Part shown: positions 17,094 to 25,258 of the stretch, in pieces
Numbering within the stretch: position 1 is the stretch's first letter
How the letters are laid out: each line of letters opens with the position of its first letter
IMG/VR virus record: IMGVR_UViG_3300037297_000065
Location: 1 to 61,289 of that record
Direction: 5' to 3' (one strand)
Length of the DNA stretch: 61,289 bases
Source: a virus
The notes under the pieces: model-generated
What the model was told of the DNA's origin: nothing
Database searches by the model: none
What the model saw: the letters and a program-made list of their open reading frames with translations, nothing else
Position numbers and translations under genes: made by a program

Positions 17094-17188
17094 AGGTAGA
17101 TAAGCTTTGTCGCTTACATGCAATTTATCGGATTTTTCAGATAGTGTGCCCGGCGCTTTCACGCCGGGCGAAGATGATATAACTCGGC

Positions 17189-17368
17189 TTATCGCCATGC
17201 CGATTTTTTTGCCATCGCGCCGTCAGTGGTAGTGGCGCGACACGAACGCGATAGCAAACATATACAATCCTTCAATGGATTTACACACTGCGCCAGTGTA
17301 ATTTCTTTTGATGTACAAACTTTCCTCTCGGCTACCACACCGATAGAAAGCCGGTCAATTGTGAGCAT
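17189..17368 (-). CDS. Possible 59-aa Cys-rich peptide
   Basis: AGGAGG 4 nt before ATG; just under ORF-track cutoff; lies between tRNA-Gly and tRNA-like element. Confidence 0.25.
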   Translation of the reverse strand: MLTIDRLSIGVVAERKVCTSKEITLAQCVNPLKDCICLLSRSCRATTTDGAMAKKSAWR

Positions 17369-17400
17369 TGCGCCTCCTGTGCGTTACTCTAAAGATCAAT

Positions 17401-17472
17401 AGCCGGCGGCGGGACTCGAACCCGCGTTTTCTGGTTGGAAGCCAGTTGCTCTACCTCTTGAGCTACGCCGGC
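17401..17472 (-). tRNA. tRNA-Gly (anticodon TCC)
   Basis: Hand-folded: acceptor GCCGGCG/CGCCGGC, D arm GCTC-AAGAGGTA-GAGC, anticodon loop CTTCCAA, T arm GCGGG-TTCGAGT-CCCGC; one A.A at 27:43. Confidence 0.85.
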
Positions 17473-17479
17473 GATGACT

Positions 17480-17668
17480 CTAAATTCTCGTGAACCTGAT
17501 GGCACCTCTCACGACTTCACGCTTCATCTTTCCTTCTTTCGCCAACGCCTCACATGCGAAGATCGTGTCAAGGTCGGTTGGCGTGATAACATGGCCGACC
17601 GGAAGCGCCTTGAGTTGCGCGGTAATAGCTGTGTTGTCGCGCGCGAATTGCACCGCTTTTTTGTTCAT
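17480..17668 (-). CDS. Hypothetical protein
   Basis: 62-aa ORF; ATG overlaps upstream stop. Confidence 0.45.
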   Translation of the reverse strand: MNKKAVQFARDNTAITAQLKALPVGHVITPTDLDTIFACEALAKEGKMKREVVRGAIRFTRI

Positions 17669-17814
17669 AGCACCCTCTCATATTCGATCCCGCCACACCA
17701 GTAAGCTGCGTATGTCCTGAACTCTGCGGCATGCTCTGCGCAAAAATACCCGCATTCACCGTTCGCTGCACGCAAAAAAACTATTGCGTTATCGTTACAG
17801 TCGTTACATCTCAT
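17665..17814 (-). CDS. Small zinc-ribbon-like protein (49 aa)
   Basis: AAAGGAGAGAAAA before ATG; CNDC ... CGYFC Cys pairs; TGA overlaps next ATG; below ORF-track cutoff. Confidence 0.45.
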   Translation of the reverse strand: MRCNDCNDNAIVFLRAANGECGYFCAEHAAEFRTYAAYWCGGIEYERVL

Positions 17815-17854
17815 TTTTCTCTCCTTTGGGCGCGCTTTCACGCGCCCGTTTTTT

Positions 17855-19273
17855 CTAGTCTTCGAAATAGCTCATGTCTTGTGACTCTTCCTCAAACATA
17901 ACAGGCTGTCCGTGCTCGTCACGCGGGAAGTGTTTATCGAGTACACTTTTTGCATTATCACCGTCCGATTCATTCCACTCCTTGATGAGCGCACTCACCG
18001 CTTCGTCTGGCGTCGCGTTCGTCAGGTCGAGATTCGAGCGCTCGATTACGGCTCGCGCTTCTTCTACGCGCGCCTCCAGTCCGTCGCTTACAATCAGTTC
18101 GTCGCACATAGTCACGGCACGAGTGAGCAAGTCGGTGTGTTTGCCAAACCACGCCACGACGCCGCAAGCGGTTTTTGGATCGTTGGAATAGTCGGCGATG
18201 TCATCGACGCCCAGGGCAAAAAGTGCTTCGAGTTTGGATATGCCCTTGTTGATACAGAAGTCGGTGAATTTTTGTAGGTTTTCCTCATTTTCTGACCAGT
18301 GTGGGATAGGGATCGCCGTTGTGATTGTCGCTTGCGGTTCTTCGACAATTTCGCCGGTGTCGTTATCGACGATATAGTCATCTTCGCCGCTTGCTAACAT
18401 GGGTGTACCGCCCGCCTCAAGCAGTGCGGTTTCTTGCAAACCCGCCAAGCGCGCCTCAACCCAGGTTTGTTCAACTTCAATGAAAAGTAACCACTTTTTA
18501 TAGCGCTTGCGCTTGCCTTCTTTTGTCGGCGTCGATATTTCTTTTTCCACACGACGCAACACCATCGGGATACCTGTCAAGCGACCAGCGAGTTGTTTAA
18601 TCGCTGCGAGATTGGCGCTAATGTTCTTCAGATCGTAGACACTTGTTGTATGAACCGTCATATACCCAAGTCTCGCCAGTTCTGGCAGGATAACACGCAG
18701 TCGGCCAACCGGCTTGCATCGACGCTTTTTGTCTTGATGATCTTTCAGCAGGCACGGTTGCCCGCGCTCCGACGGTGGATAATGCACCACTTCGCCGTCG
18801 CATCGGTGGAGTAGTTGCCCGGCACTATATGCCTCGCGCCAGGCATCAAAGCATTGATCTATATCGTCATACGGAAGCATGATACGAATCGCGCGGGGTT
18901 CGTTTCCGTAAATTTCTTTGAAGCGCGTTGGGCTGTTCGTGTCGGTATCATTGAATTCAACCCGAAAATAGTCTAAGTCCTTTCCGGGGCGATTTTCTCC
19001 TTTTGGCGCGCCTTTTCGGATATGGCCGATTTCTGGGAAACCGGCTGCGCGTGTCGTCAAACCTTTGATTGGCATAGTCAAATCTCCATCTCTAATTAGT
19101 TGTTCTTGTTCGTGAATTTCTGCCTGAGCAGTCGCCCAAGCCCGCTGTAGCGTATCTTGTATGTTGTCGCCCGGCTCAAGCTCAACGGTAAGACTAGCGA
19201 AAGCATCACGACTTTCGTAGTTTCCCACGTTGATTTTTGCCGAGCGGCTTACAGTGATTTGTGCAATTCTCAT
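17855..19273 (-). CDS. Early protein, possibly phiC31 gp3-like (RDF-like family)
   Basis: 472 aa; GHIRKGAPKGENRPGKDLDYFRVEF..YGNEPRAIRIMLPY resembles the G-x-IR-x-G..P..LD-x-FR motif recalled for that family. Confidence 0.4.
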   Translation of the reverse strand: MRIAQITVSRSAKINVGNYESRDAFASLTVELEPGDNIQDTLQRAWATAQAEIHEQEQLIRDGDLTMPIKGLTTRAAGFPEIGHIRKGAPKGENRPGKDLDYFRVEFNDTDTNSPTRFKEIYGNEPRAIRIMLPYDDIDQCFDAWREAYSAGQLLHRCDGEVVHYPPSERGQPCLLKDHQDKKRRCKPVGRLRVILPELARLGYMTVHTTSVYDLKNISANLAAIKQLAGRLTGIPMVLRRVEKEISTPTKEGKRKRYKKWLLFIEVEQTWVEARLAGLQETALLEAGGTPMLASGEDDYIVDNDTGEIVEEPQATITTAIPIPHWSENEENLQKFTDFCINKGISKLEALFALGVDDIADYSNDPKTACGVVAWFGKHTDLLTRAVTMCDELIVSDGLEARVEEARAVIERSNLDLTNATPDEAVSALIKEWNESDGDNAKSVLDKHFPRDEHGQPVMFEEESQDMSYFED

Positions 19274-19617
19274 TATCGCATTCCTGCGATTAAATCTGCT
19301 TGCGTCTCGCGTTCATCTCGCCATCGCTCTAACTCATCCCACGCCTTTAGCGCATCGTGTAGCCGCTCACCGCTCGTGATGTAACGGTGTGTTTGCGGGT
19401 ATTGAGCTTCGATGAAGAAGCTCAGCCACGCCGGGCACTCGGCAAGGTTGACGAGGTCGCCTTGCAATACCTCGTGGTAGGTATCATTGCCGCGCGTTGA
19501 ACGCTGCAATGTCATGCCGGTCACGATAAAGACAGACGCACACCCGCGTCCGGCACCGCCGGGGTAGACCCGACACTCTGTCCCGTCGTTCGGGATTTTA
19601 TTGATAAGCTCGGTCAT
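19273..19617 (-). CDS. Hypothetical protein
   Basis: 114-aa ORF, 1-nt overlaps on both sides. Confidence 0.5.
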   Translation of the reverse strand: MTELINKIPNDGTECRVYPGGAGRGCASVFIVTGMTLQRSTRGNDTYHEVLQGDLVNLAECPAWLSFFIEAQYPQTHRYITSGERLHDALKAWDELERWRDERETQADLIAGMR

Positions 19618-19847
19618 TATTCTATCTCCTCTAATAATGCGCGCAGCCGTTCACGTGCATCAGGGTAATATTTTTCGCAGTCAAGGATAAATCTCATTAT
19701 CTGCGCTAGCGGCGAAAGCGTATCAAATAAACATATATTCTCTTGTTGGTCGCCCATTCCCGCGCCCTTAAGAGCGACCGACGAAATTAGTTCTGACGCC
19801 TTCAGTCGGCGCGCCAGGGCGATTAAGTCTTTATCCAAATAATCCAT
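19617..19847 (-). CDS. Hypothetical protein
   Basis: 76-aa ORF with GGAGAAAAATAAAATG-type SD. Confidence 0.5.
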   Translation of the reverse strand: MDYLDKDLIALARRLKASELISSVALKGAGMGDQQENICLFDTLSPLAQIMRFILDCEKYYPDARERLRALLEEIE

Positions 19848-19877
19848 TTTATTTTTCTCCTTATTTTGATCTGTCTT

Positions 19878-19989
19878 ATCACCCGCCTGGGGTTACACCC
19901 GCCCAGGTCCCCTCGCCGTCAACTGACAGGCTCGCCATCCCTTCCGCCCGAACGCTCTGGCCTTAGCCGGAACGTTCGGGCCGGGTGAT
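19878..19989 (-). other. Predicted multi-helix structured element in intergenic region
   Basis: Closing helix ATCACCCG/CGGGTGAT; inner hairpins CCTGGG..CCCAGG and CCCGAACG..CGTTCGGG; no ORF. Confidence 0.35.
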
Positions 19990-19992
19990 GTG

Positions 19993-20238
19993 TTAGTTAT
20001 ACGCCTCATCATATACGTCGTGTGCTTCGACGATTTCATCAGATGTAATGGTCATGGTGTCACCGTCACAAAAGTGGACAATGATATTGCCGTTTTTCAT
20101 TTGCCAGTGCGTCGCGCCGTGCAAATCGTTATAAAAGAACCATCGAATTTTATGATTAAGACTATTTATACGAAACATGATCTTATCTCCTGTATGCTTC
20201 ATTATCTTCGCAATCGACTGTGCGGTCATTGAACCCAC
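19993..20238 (-). CDS. Hypothetical protein
   Basis: 81-aa ORF. Confidence 0.5.
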   Translation of the reverse strand: MGSMTAQSIAKIMKHTGDKIMFRINSLNHKIRWFFYNDLHGATHWQMKNGNIIVHFCDGDTMTITSDEIVEAHDVYDEAYN

Positions 20239-20409
20239 CCGCCGCCTGGTTACGGTCAGTCGCGTTTGTCGTCTACCGATTGTCGCTCGCTACTTAGCCT
20301 AGCCGGATTTACACCGGAAGCTGTCGGTTATTTGGTTTTTAAGGTACCCGGCCCAGCTCATCAGTGCGGGGCGGCCAGTTCCCGCAGACGCCCGTGTGGG
20401 CGTTTCGCT

Positions 20410-20598
20410 TTATCCGTAGATTAGCGTATCGTTGCCGTTGATCGTCCAGTTCTCTGCGTCGCCTTCCGAGATTTCGTACTCGCCGGCCTTGGTGAGAATT
20501 GCGCTCGCCGCCGTATTCATTCCCTCGAATGGCCATCCGTCCATTTCGCCGCTACCGTCTTCGTTGACCGTGATTGTGAAGGTGATTTCGTTCGTCAT
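20410..20598 (-). CDS. Hypothetical acidic protein
   Basis: 62-aa ORF behind CAGGAGATTTAAA SD. Confidence 0.45.
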   Translation of the reverse strand: MTNEITFTITVNEDGSGEMDGWPFEGMNTAASAILTKAGEYEISEGDAENWTINGNDTLIYG

Positions 20599-20663
20599 TT
20601 TAAATCTCCTGTTTGCTTGCGTTGTTTACTTAACTGTCTATAGTTTATCACGCTTCCGTGTCT

Positions 20664-20709
20664 CACTATAGTGTCATATGTCATATGACATCTTGACGTT
20701 TGTCATATA
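20664..20709. promoter_or_regulatory. Operator-like palindrome cluster
   Basis: CACTATAGTG (10-bp palindrome), TGTCATATGACA (12-bp palindrome), TGTCATAT three times (20672, 20679, 20701). Confidence 0.45.
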
Positions 20710-21026
20710 CGCTTGGCGTTATCAGTCAACCATACCAACCAGTTGTTAGCATTGACCCGATACGCACCTCCCTCTTTATACGCCCCAACCGTAAGCGCGA
20801 AATCTTCATTGCGTCGAAGCCGCTGTGTGAGCGCCTGCGCAGTAAAAACGTTGCCGCGCGTATTTCGGTATCCAAGTAGGTTGGCAACCATCGCCGCATC
20901 TGGTAAGGTGCAGGTATCGGACGTCTGTAATACGAATCGCGGAAGGGTTCTCCCGCCATATTCAAACTTGCCGAGGATGAAGTCCCCGGCGATGATACGG
21001 TTGTTGTTGGTAAGAAAGATGTTCAC
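20703..21026 (-). CDS. Hypothetical protein
   Basis: 107-aa ORF. Confidence 0.5.
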   Translation of the reverse strand: MNIFLTNNNRIIAGDFILGKFEYGGRTLPRFVLQTSDTCTLPDAAMVANLLGYRNTRGNVFTAQALTQRLRRNEDFALTVGAYKEGGAYRVNANNWLVWLTDNAKRI

Positions 21027-21295
21027 TATCTTCCTCCATAACTTAATTCGAGTGGACTTTTGTAGTATTCGGTCATTACTTCATCGTAGTCAATGCCGCT
21101 ATATAAAAAGAAGGTTGGGATTGCACCTTCATGCATTGGTTTCGGATCGCCCGTTCGGTGCGGATGAAGCTCCTCGTGTATCCACCACATTTTGGGATAG
21201 TTGTCTGAGACTGTCGGCTTCCAACCATTGGCGATTAAGGCTTCGACCAAGGCTATTTTTTCTTCTGTGGTGAATGTGCTGTTTTGATTTTTCAC
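21026..21295 (-). CDS. Hypothetical protein, first gene of leftward block
   Basis: 89 aa; GTG start behind AGGAG. Confidence 0.5.
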   Translation of the reverse strand: MKNQNSTFTTEEKIALVEALIANGWKPTVSDNYPKMWWIHEELHPHRTGDPKPMHEGAIPTFFLYSGIDYDEVMTEYYKSPLELSYGGR

Positions 21296-21525
21296 GCTGC
21301 TATCTCCTGAGCAGTCTCAACTTCTAATAAAATAATATCATTCCTTGCCGTTTTACCTCAGTGCCATTTGTCACATGAACCGCATGATATTCTGCAATAG
21401 TAAAGTGCGTGGAAGGTGTTGTACAATGGTGATACATTATTTACGATAAGGAATAAGGTGATGTGCATTCGTGGTAGTAGCTCAAGCGCCGGGCGTTAGT
21501 TCGGCGCACTTTTAAGGAGAAAAAA

Positions 21526-22128
21526 ATGGGCCTCAAACCCGACCACTGGATTAAAAAAATGGCACGCGAGCACGGCATGATTGAGCCGTTTGTCGAGCAG
21601 CAAGTGCGCGAAAGGGACCCTGCCCCACCGGGATATTATACCTATCCGGTTCCGCCGAGGGCAATCTCATATGGCGTGTCATCCTACGGTTACGACATCC
21701 GCATAGCAGACGAGTTTAAGATTTTCACGAATGTACACAACGCGATTGTCGATCCAAAGGCGATGCAAGAAGACAGCTATGTAGATTTCAAGGGCGAGAT
21801 TTGTGTTATCCCACCGAATAGCTTCGCGCTGGCGCGCACGATTGAGTATTTTCGTATTCCGCGTAACGTGCTCGTTATTACGGTTGGCAAAAGCACCTAT
21901 GCGCGCTGCGGGATCATCGTCAATGTGACGCCCTTTGAACCGGAATGGCAGGGCTATGTCACGCTCGAAATCAGCAACACCACGCCGCTGCCGGCACGCA
22001 TCTATGCCAATGAAGGAATCGCACAGTGCTTATTTTTTGAAGCTGATGAGGAATGTGAAGTGTCTTACGCTGACAGAAAGGGCAAATATCAAGAACAGCC
22101 GGCGCGCGTTGTAGTAGCAGAGGTATAG
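21526..22128 (+). CDS. dcd: dCTP deaminase
   Basis: Near-colinear with remembered Dcd: [70 protein letters not shown]. Confidence 0.92.
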   Translation: MGLKPDHWIKKMAREHGMIEPFVEQQVRERDPAPPGYYTYPVPPRAISYGVSSYGYDIRIADEFKIFTNVHNAIVDPKAMQEDSYVDFKGEICVIPPNSFALARTIEYFRIPRNVLVITVGKSTYARCGIIVNVTPFEPEWQGYVTLEISNTTPLPARIYANEGIAQCLFFEADEECEVSYADRKGKYQEQPARVVVAEV

Positions 22129-22409
22129 TGATACACATCATTCAAAAGCGGCGCGAGCGACGCGACGGCAAAAAGCCACTTTTAACCTACGTCGGCATTT
22201 ACATTTCCGACACCGGAGAACGCCGCCCCCTATGCGGCTCTGCGCTTGCTGCATATATAGTGGCAGACGAAAACGGTGACAGGGGTATGGTAACCTGCAA
22301 ACATTGCTTACGCGCTCTCTCGTGGCGTCCTGGACGTTTGGCGGCGCGGGTTGTATCGATCCGATACGGCGTGTATTTTTCGCCACGGAGTAAAATGAGG
22401 TTGATATGA
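22128..22409 (+). CDS. Small zinc-finger-like protein
   Basis: 93 aa; Cys at CGSAL and CKHC. Confidence 0.45.
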   Translation: MIHIIQKRRERRDGKKPLLTYVGIYISDTGERRPLCGSALAAYIVADENGDRGMVTCKHCLRALSWRPGRLAARVVSIRYGVYFSPRSKMRLI

Positions 22410-22888
22410 CAATTAAATGGGTTCCCGAAATGTCGATTTTCGATCACCCACCTAATGTGGCACTGGTAAACCCCGTCAATTGCGCCGGCGTGATGGGGGC
22501 AGGGCTGGCGAAAGAGTTTAAGCGTCGTTTTCCCGAAATGTACAATGTGTACAAAGACATGTGCGCGCACCATGAGCTTTTTATCGGTTCATGGCTTCCA
22601 ATTTGGCATTCGAGTTTCGGCGAAAACATGCGAGTAATCGTAATGTTTCCAACTAAAATCAACTGGCGCAATTCGTCTAAGCTTGAATACATTGACGCCG
22701 GGTTACGAAGCGCGTGCCCGGCTTTTGAAACTTGCGTCGAATTGTATGATTGTGCCGGCGTAGCGCTCCCTAAACTTGGCTGCGGCCTCGGCGGGCTTGC
22801 GTGGCCGGACGTACGCGCGTTGATGATCGAGTACCTGGAGTCGCTTGATGTGTTGTGCTACGTGCATGGAGAAGCGCCCGATGCCTAA
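22406..22888 (+). CDS. Macro-domain protein (ADP-ribose binding/hydrolase candidate)
   Basis: VNPVNCAGVMGAGLAKEFKRRFP N-terminal signature; LPKLGCGLGGL. Confidence 0.65.
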   Translation: MTIKWVPEMSIFDHPPNVALVNPVNCAGVMGAGLAKEFKRRFPEMYNVYKDMCAHHELFIGSWLPIWHSSFGENMRVIVMFPTKINWRNSSKLEYIDAGLRSACPAFETCVELYDCAGVALPKLGCGLGGLAWPDVRALMIEYLESLDVLCYVHGEAPDA

Positions 22889-23180
22889 ATATGCTGCCCG
22901 CGTCGATGCCAATCAAAACGAGATCGTCAAGCAACTTCGCGACGTTCCCGGCCTGGTAGTTGTTGTCACTAGTGCGGCGGGCAATGGCTTTGTGGATATT
23001 GTGGTGATTGATACTATCACGCGGGATGCGTATCTAGTCGAGATCAAAGCCAGCGAAAAAAAGAAACTCACCGAAGCCGAAAAGGAGTTAGCTAAATCAC
23101 TTGACTACGCACTGCCGTGGGTACGTATTCATAACGCCGAAGAATTTATCGAAATAATGAACGAGGAACGCGCGAAATGA
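22881..23180 (+). CDS. PD-(D/E)xK nuclease, VRR-NUC-like
   Basis: GFVDIVV ... LVEIK (D...E-x-K); ATG overlaps macro stop; start moved from track 22845. Confidence 0.55.
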   Translation: MPKYAARVDANQNEIVKQLRDVPGLVVVVTSAAGNGFVDIVVIDTITRDAYLVEIKASEKKKLTEAEKELAKSLDYALPWVRIHNAEEFIEIMNEERAK

Positions 23181-23593
23181 ACCTACAAGACAGGCTAGCC
23201 AAAATTCGCAAGCTCGTCTCACCATTATGCGAAATACGAAGGCTGTCAGTGTTCCCGGACGAATACCAAAAACGCTGTAAGGCGCTGGATAGCGTCAGAT
23301 TATTCATGTGGTGGTGGTCGTACTACGATGATCTTCAATTGTTGGACGCGGTACTGCAACGCGCCGACGGCCCCGAAAACCCGTATTGCCTACTCAATGA
23401 TGATGAGGTTTTTTCCGCTATGGAGTTCACTGAATACCGGATGAATATCATCAAGGCGGAGTTGGAAACTCGCGACATCGCACCGTTTGGCGCTTCGTGG
23501 CCGCACGCATGCACATGCGATGATAATTGGTGGTGGCTCTGCGATATATGGCGCAAGACATGCCGGAGCAAGGATGCTGAATATGTTAGGTGA
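23177..23593 (+). CDS. Hypothetical Trp/Cys-rich protein
   Basis: 138-aa ORF, ATGA overlap. Confidence 0.5.
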   Translation: MNLQDRLAKIRKLVSPLCEIRRLSVFPDEYQKRCKALDSVRLFMWWWSYYDDLQLLDAVLQRADGPENPYCLLNDDEVFSAMEFTEYRMNIIKAELETRDIAPFGASWPHACTCDDNWWWLCDIWRKTCRSKDAEYVR

Positions 23594-23624
23594 GTTATCA
23601 CCATTTGTTAAATAAGGAGAAAAC

Positions 23625-23969
23625 ATGATCGAAGTTAGCAAAGATCGATATGGAGAGAGGCTTTGGTGCGGACCAACAAAAGTAGTCGGTAATGACTGTA
23701 TCTATCGTGGTTGCTTCAACGAACACGACTGCGGGCGCACCAATAGCCAGGGCGCTTGGGTGCGTGATTCATGGTGCGCAACGAATTACAACAAAGGTTG
23801 CCCCGACAAAGATAGCGAAGACTATCAAGTTGTTGCGTGCTGTGATGAACCCAAATTTCACCCTATTAAGCGTGGGCAGTATCATAAAGTTTGTCTCAAC
23901 TGCCGAGCGCGCTTACCCGTGGAAATTGTTCGGATTATTCTTCAAGATCGTGAATTGCAAGAGGAGTAA
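23625..23969 (+). CDS. Cys-rich hypothetical protein
   Basis: 114 aa with 12 Cys; AAGGAGAAAAC SD. Confidence 0.5.
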   Translation: MIEVSKDRYGERLWCGPTKVVGNDCIYRGCFNEHDCGRTNSQGAWVRDSWCATNYNKGCPDKDSEDYQVVACCDEPKFHPIKRGQYHKVCLNCRARLPVEIVRIILQDRELQEE

Positions 23970-23972
23970 GCC

Positions 23973-24203
23973 ATGTCAACGCCAACACTAGTCGAGATTG
24001 TTCGCTTTTTTGACTATATAGATGAGTGGAGCATATCCAAGCGCTGCGACATAATTATGGGGCACTTTGGTATTGATGAAAGCGGCGCGGCCATTCTGGC
24101 TGCACAATCTATTATCGTTGAAGCGAATGAGTGGATGAACGAATCGCAATTTGATGAGGCGGTAGAGCTGGCGCGCAACTTGACACCGCGCACCGACTCG
24201 TAG
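23973..24203 (+). CDS. Hypothetical acidic protein
   Basis: 76-aa ORF. Confidence 0.45.
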   Translation: MSTPTLVEIVRFFDYIDEWSISKRCDIIMGHFGIDESGAAILAAQSIIVEANEWMNESQFDEAVELARNLTPRTDS

Positions 24204-24365
24204 TACAATATCCTTGCGCCGAGAAAAGTCGGCGCGGCTTGTAACGGAGCCTAAACGACAACAAACGACAATCCCGTTTTCTTGGGTGTCCTGTCTTTGG
24301 CCCGTTGTCGGCCACCGTTACAGGGCAGGCCACCCAAGAGGATGGGATTTTTTTATCTAAGGAGA

Positions 24366-24815
24366 ATGATGATGATCTACAAAGAGGTAACGATACGTCA
24401 ACTAAATGCAATCGCGGCAGAGGGGATTGAACACGATGTTGTGTGCTATACCAGGGGTACTGATATATACACCTATTTTTTGGTACGTGTTCACGCTAAA
24501 TACTGCGGTCTCTGTAAGGGCACGGGTGAAGTTCCCTATATTGGTGGTGCACGAAACGAAATGATGTATTGCCGTGATTGCAACGGCGCGGGCTTTGTTT
24601 CATCTAGTGAAACATTTGATACCGGGGTTAAGGCCATTGTGGGGATCGCAAGGCTTCTTAAAATCACCGAGTCGCTTATAGATGTTGCGCCGTTTGAAAG
24701 CTGTGATATGTGTGGCTACTGTGGGCACTACAAAGGCCACGAAGATGATTGTACTTGGCTTGTGGCAAAACAGGCACTTGACGAGATGAAAAGCGCGGCG
24801 CTGTTGGATGAATAA
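24366..24815 (+). CDS. Protein with DnaJ-type CxxCxGxG zinc-finger repeats
   Basis: CGLCKGTG and CRDCNGAG; AAGGAG SD before triple ATG. Confidence 0.5.
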   Translation: MMMIYKEVTIRQLNAIAAEGIEHDVVCYTRGTDIYTYFLVRVHAKYCGLCKGTGEVPYIGGARNEMMYCRDCNGAGFVSSSETFDTGVKAIVGIARLLKITESLIDVAPFESCDMCGYCGHYKGHEDDCTWLVAKQALDEMKSAALLDE

Positions 24816-24898
24816 AAAAAAGCCGCGTGACCAGCGCGACGGGCGGCAAAGGCGGCGAGCCTTGTCGCCGTTATAACATAAAATAAAGGAGAATAACA

Positions 24899-25258
24899 AT
24901 GAGCAACCCCTACACCCTACACACCCCCTACACCGTTGGCGGGTCGCGCTGGCTTGACCCCGGTGACGACAAATGGCATCAACAAATTTATTGGATATGG
25001 CAAGACGCACACGAGCGCAATATGCTGTATGCGATCCCGTCGCGTGACTCTAAAGGACAGCTTGTGCGCGTGCATTTCTATGCTATGCAGGATACTTTCG
25101 CCAACCTGAAAACGTTTTTGGAGATGGTGGCTCAGTCAGGTTGGGGAAACGAACGCAATGGTTTTATTTTGCGGTGGGCAAAAATTAATTACTCGTGGAG
25201 TGATGCCGACGGAATGAAGTTCGAGTTTGAAGCGCATATGGTGAGGGATGAATCATGA
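24899..25258 (+). CDS. Hypothetical protein
   Basis: 119-aa ORF, AAGGAGAATAACA SD. Confidence 0.5.
   Translation: MSNPYTLHTPYTVGGSRWLDPGDDKWHQQIYWIWQDAHERNMLYAIPSRDSKGQLVRVHFYAMQDTFANLKTFLEMVAQSGWGNERNGFILRWAKINYSWSDADGMKFEFEAHMVRDES

Noticed and set aside
20357-20364. CUGAUGAG hammerhead-core string on the minus strand
   Set aside because: No GAAA box, no cleavage-site triplet and no stems I-III could be drawn around it.
20658-20676. T7-promoter-like string TCTCACTATAG on the plus strand
   Set aside because: The genome encodes no single-subunit RNA polymerase that I can see, and the orientation opposes the local genes. The match is part of the palindrome CACTATAGTG, which is better explained as an operator.
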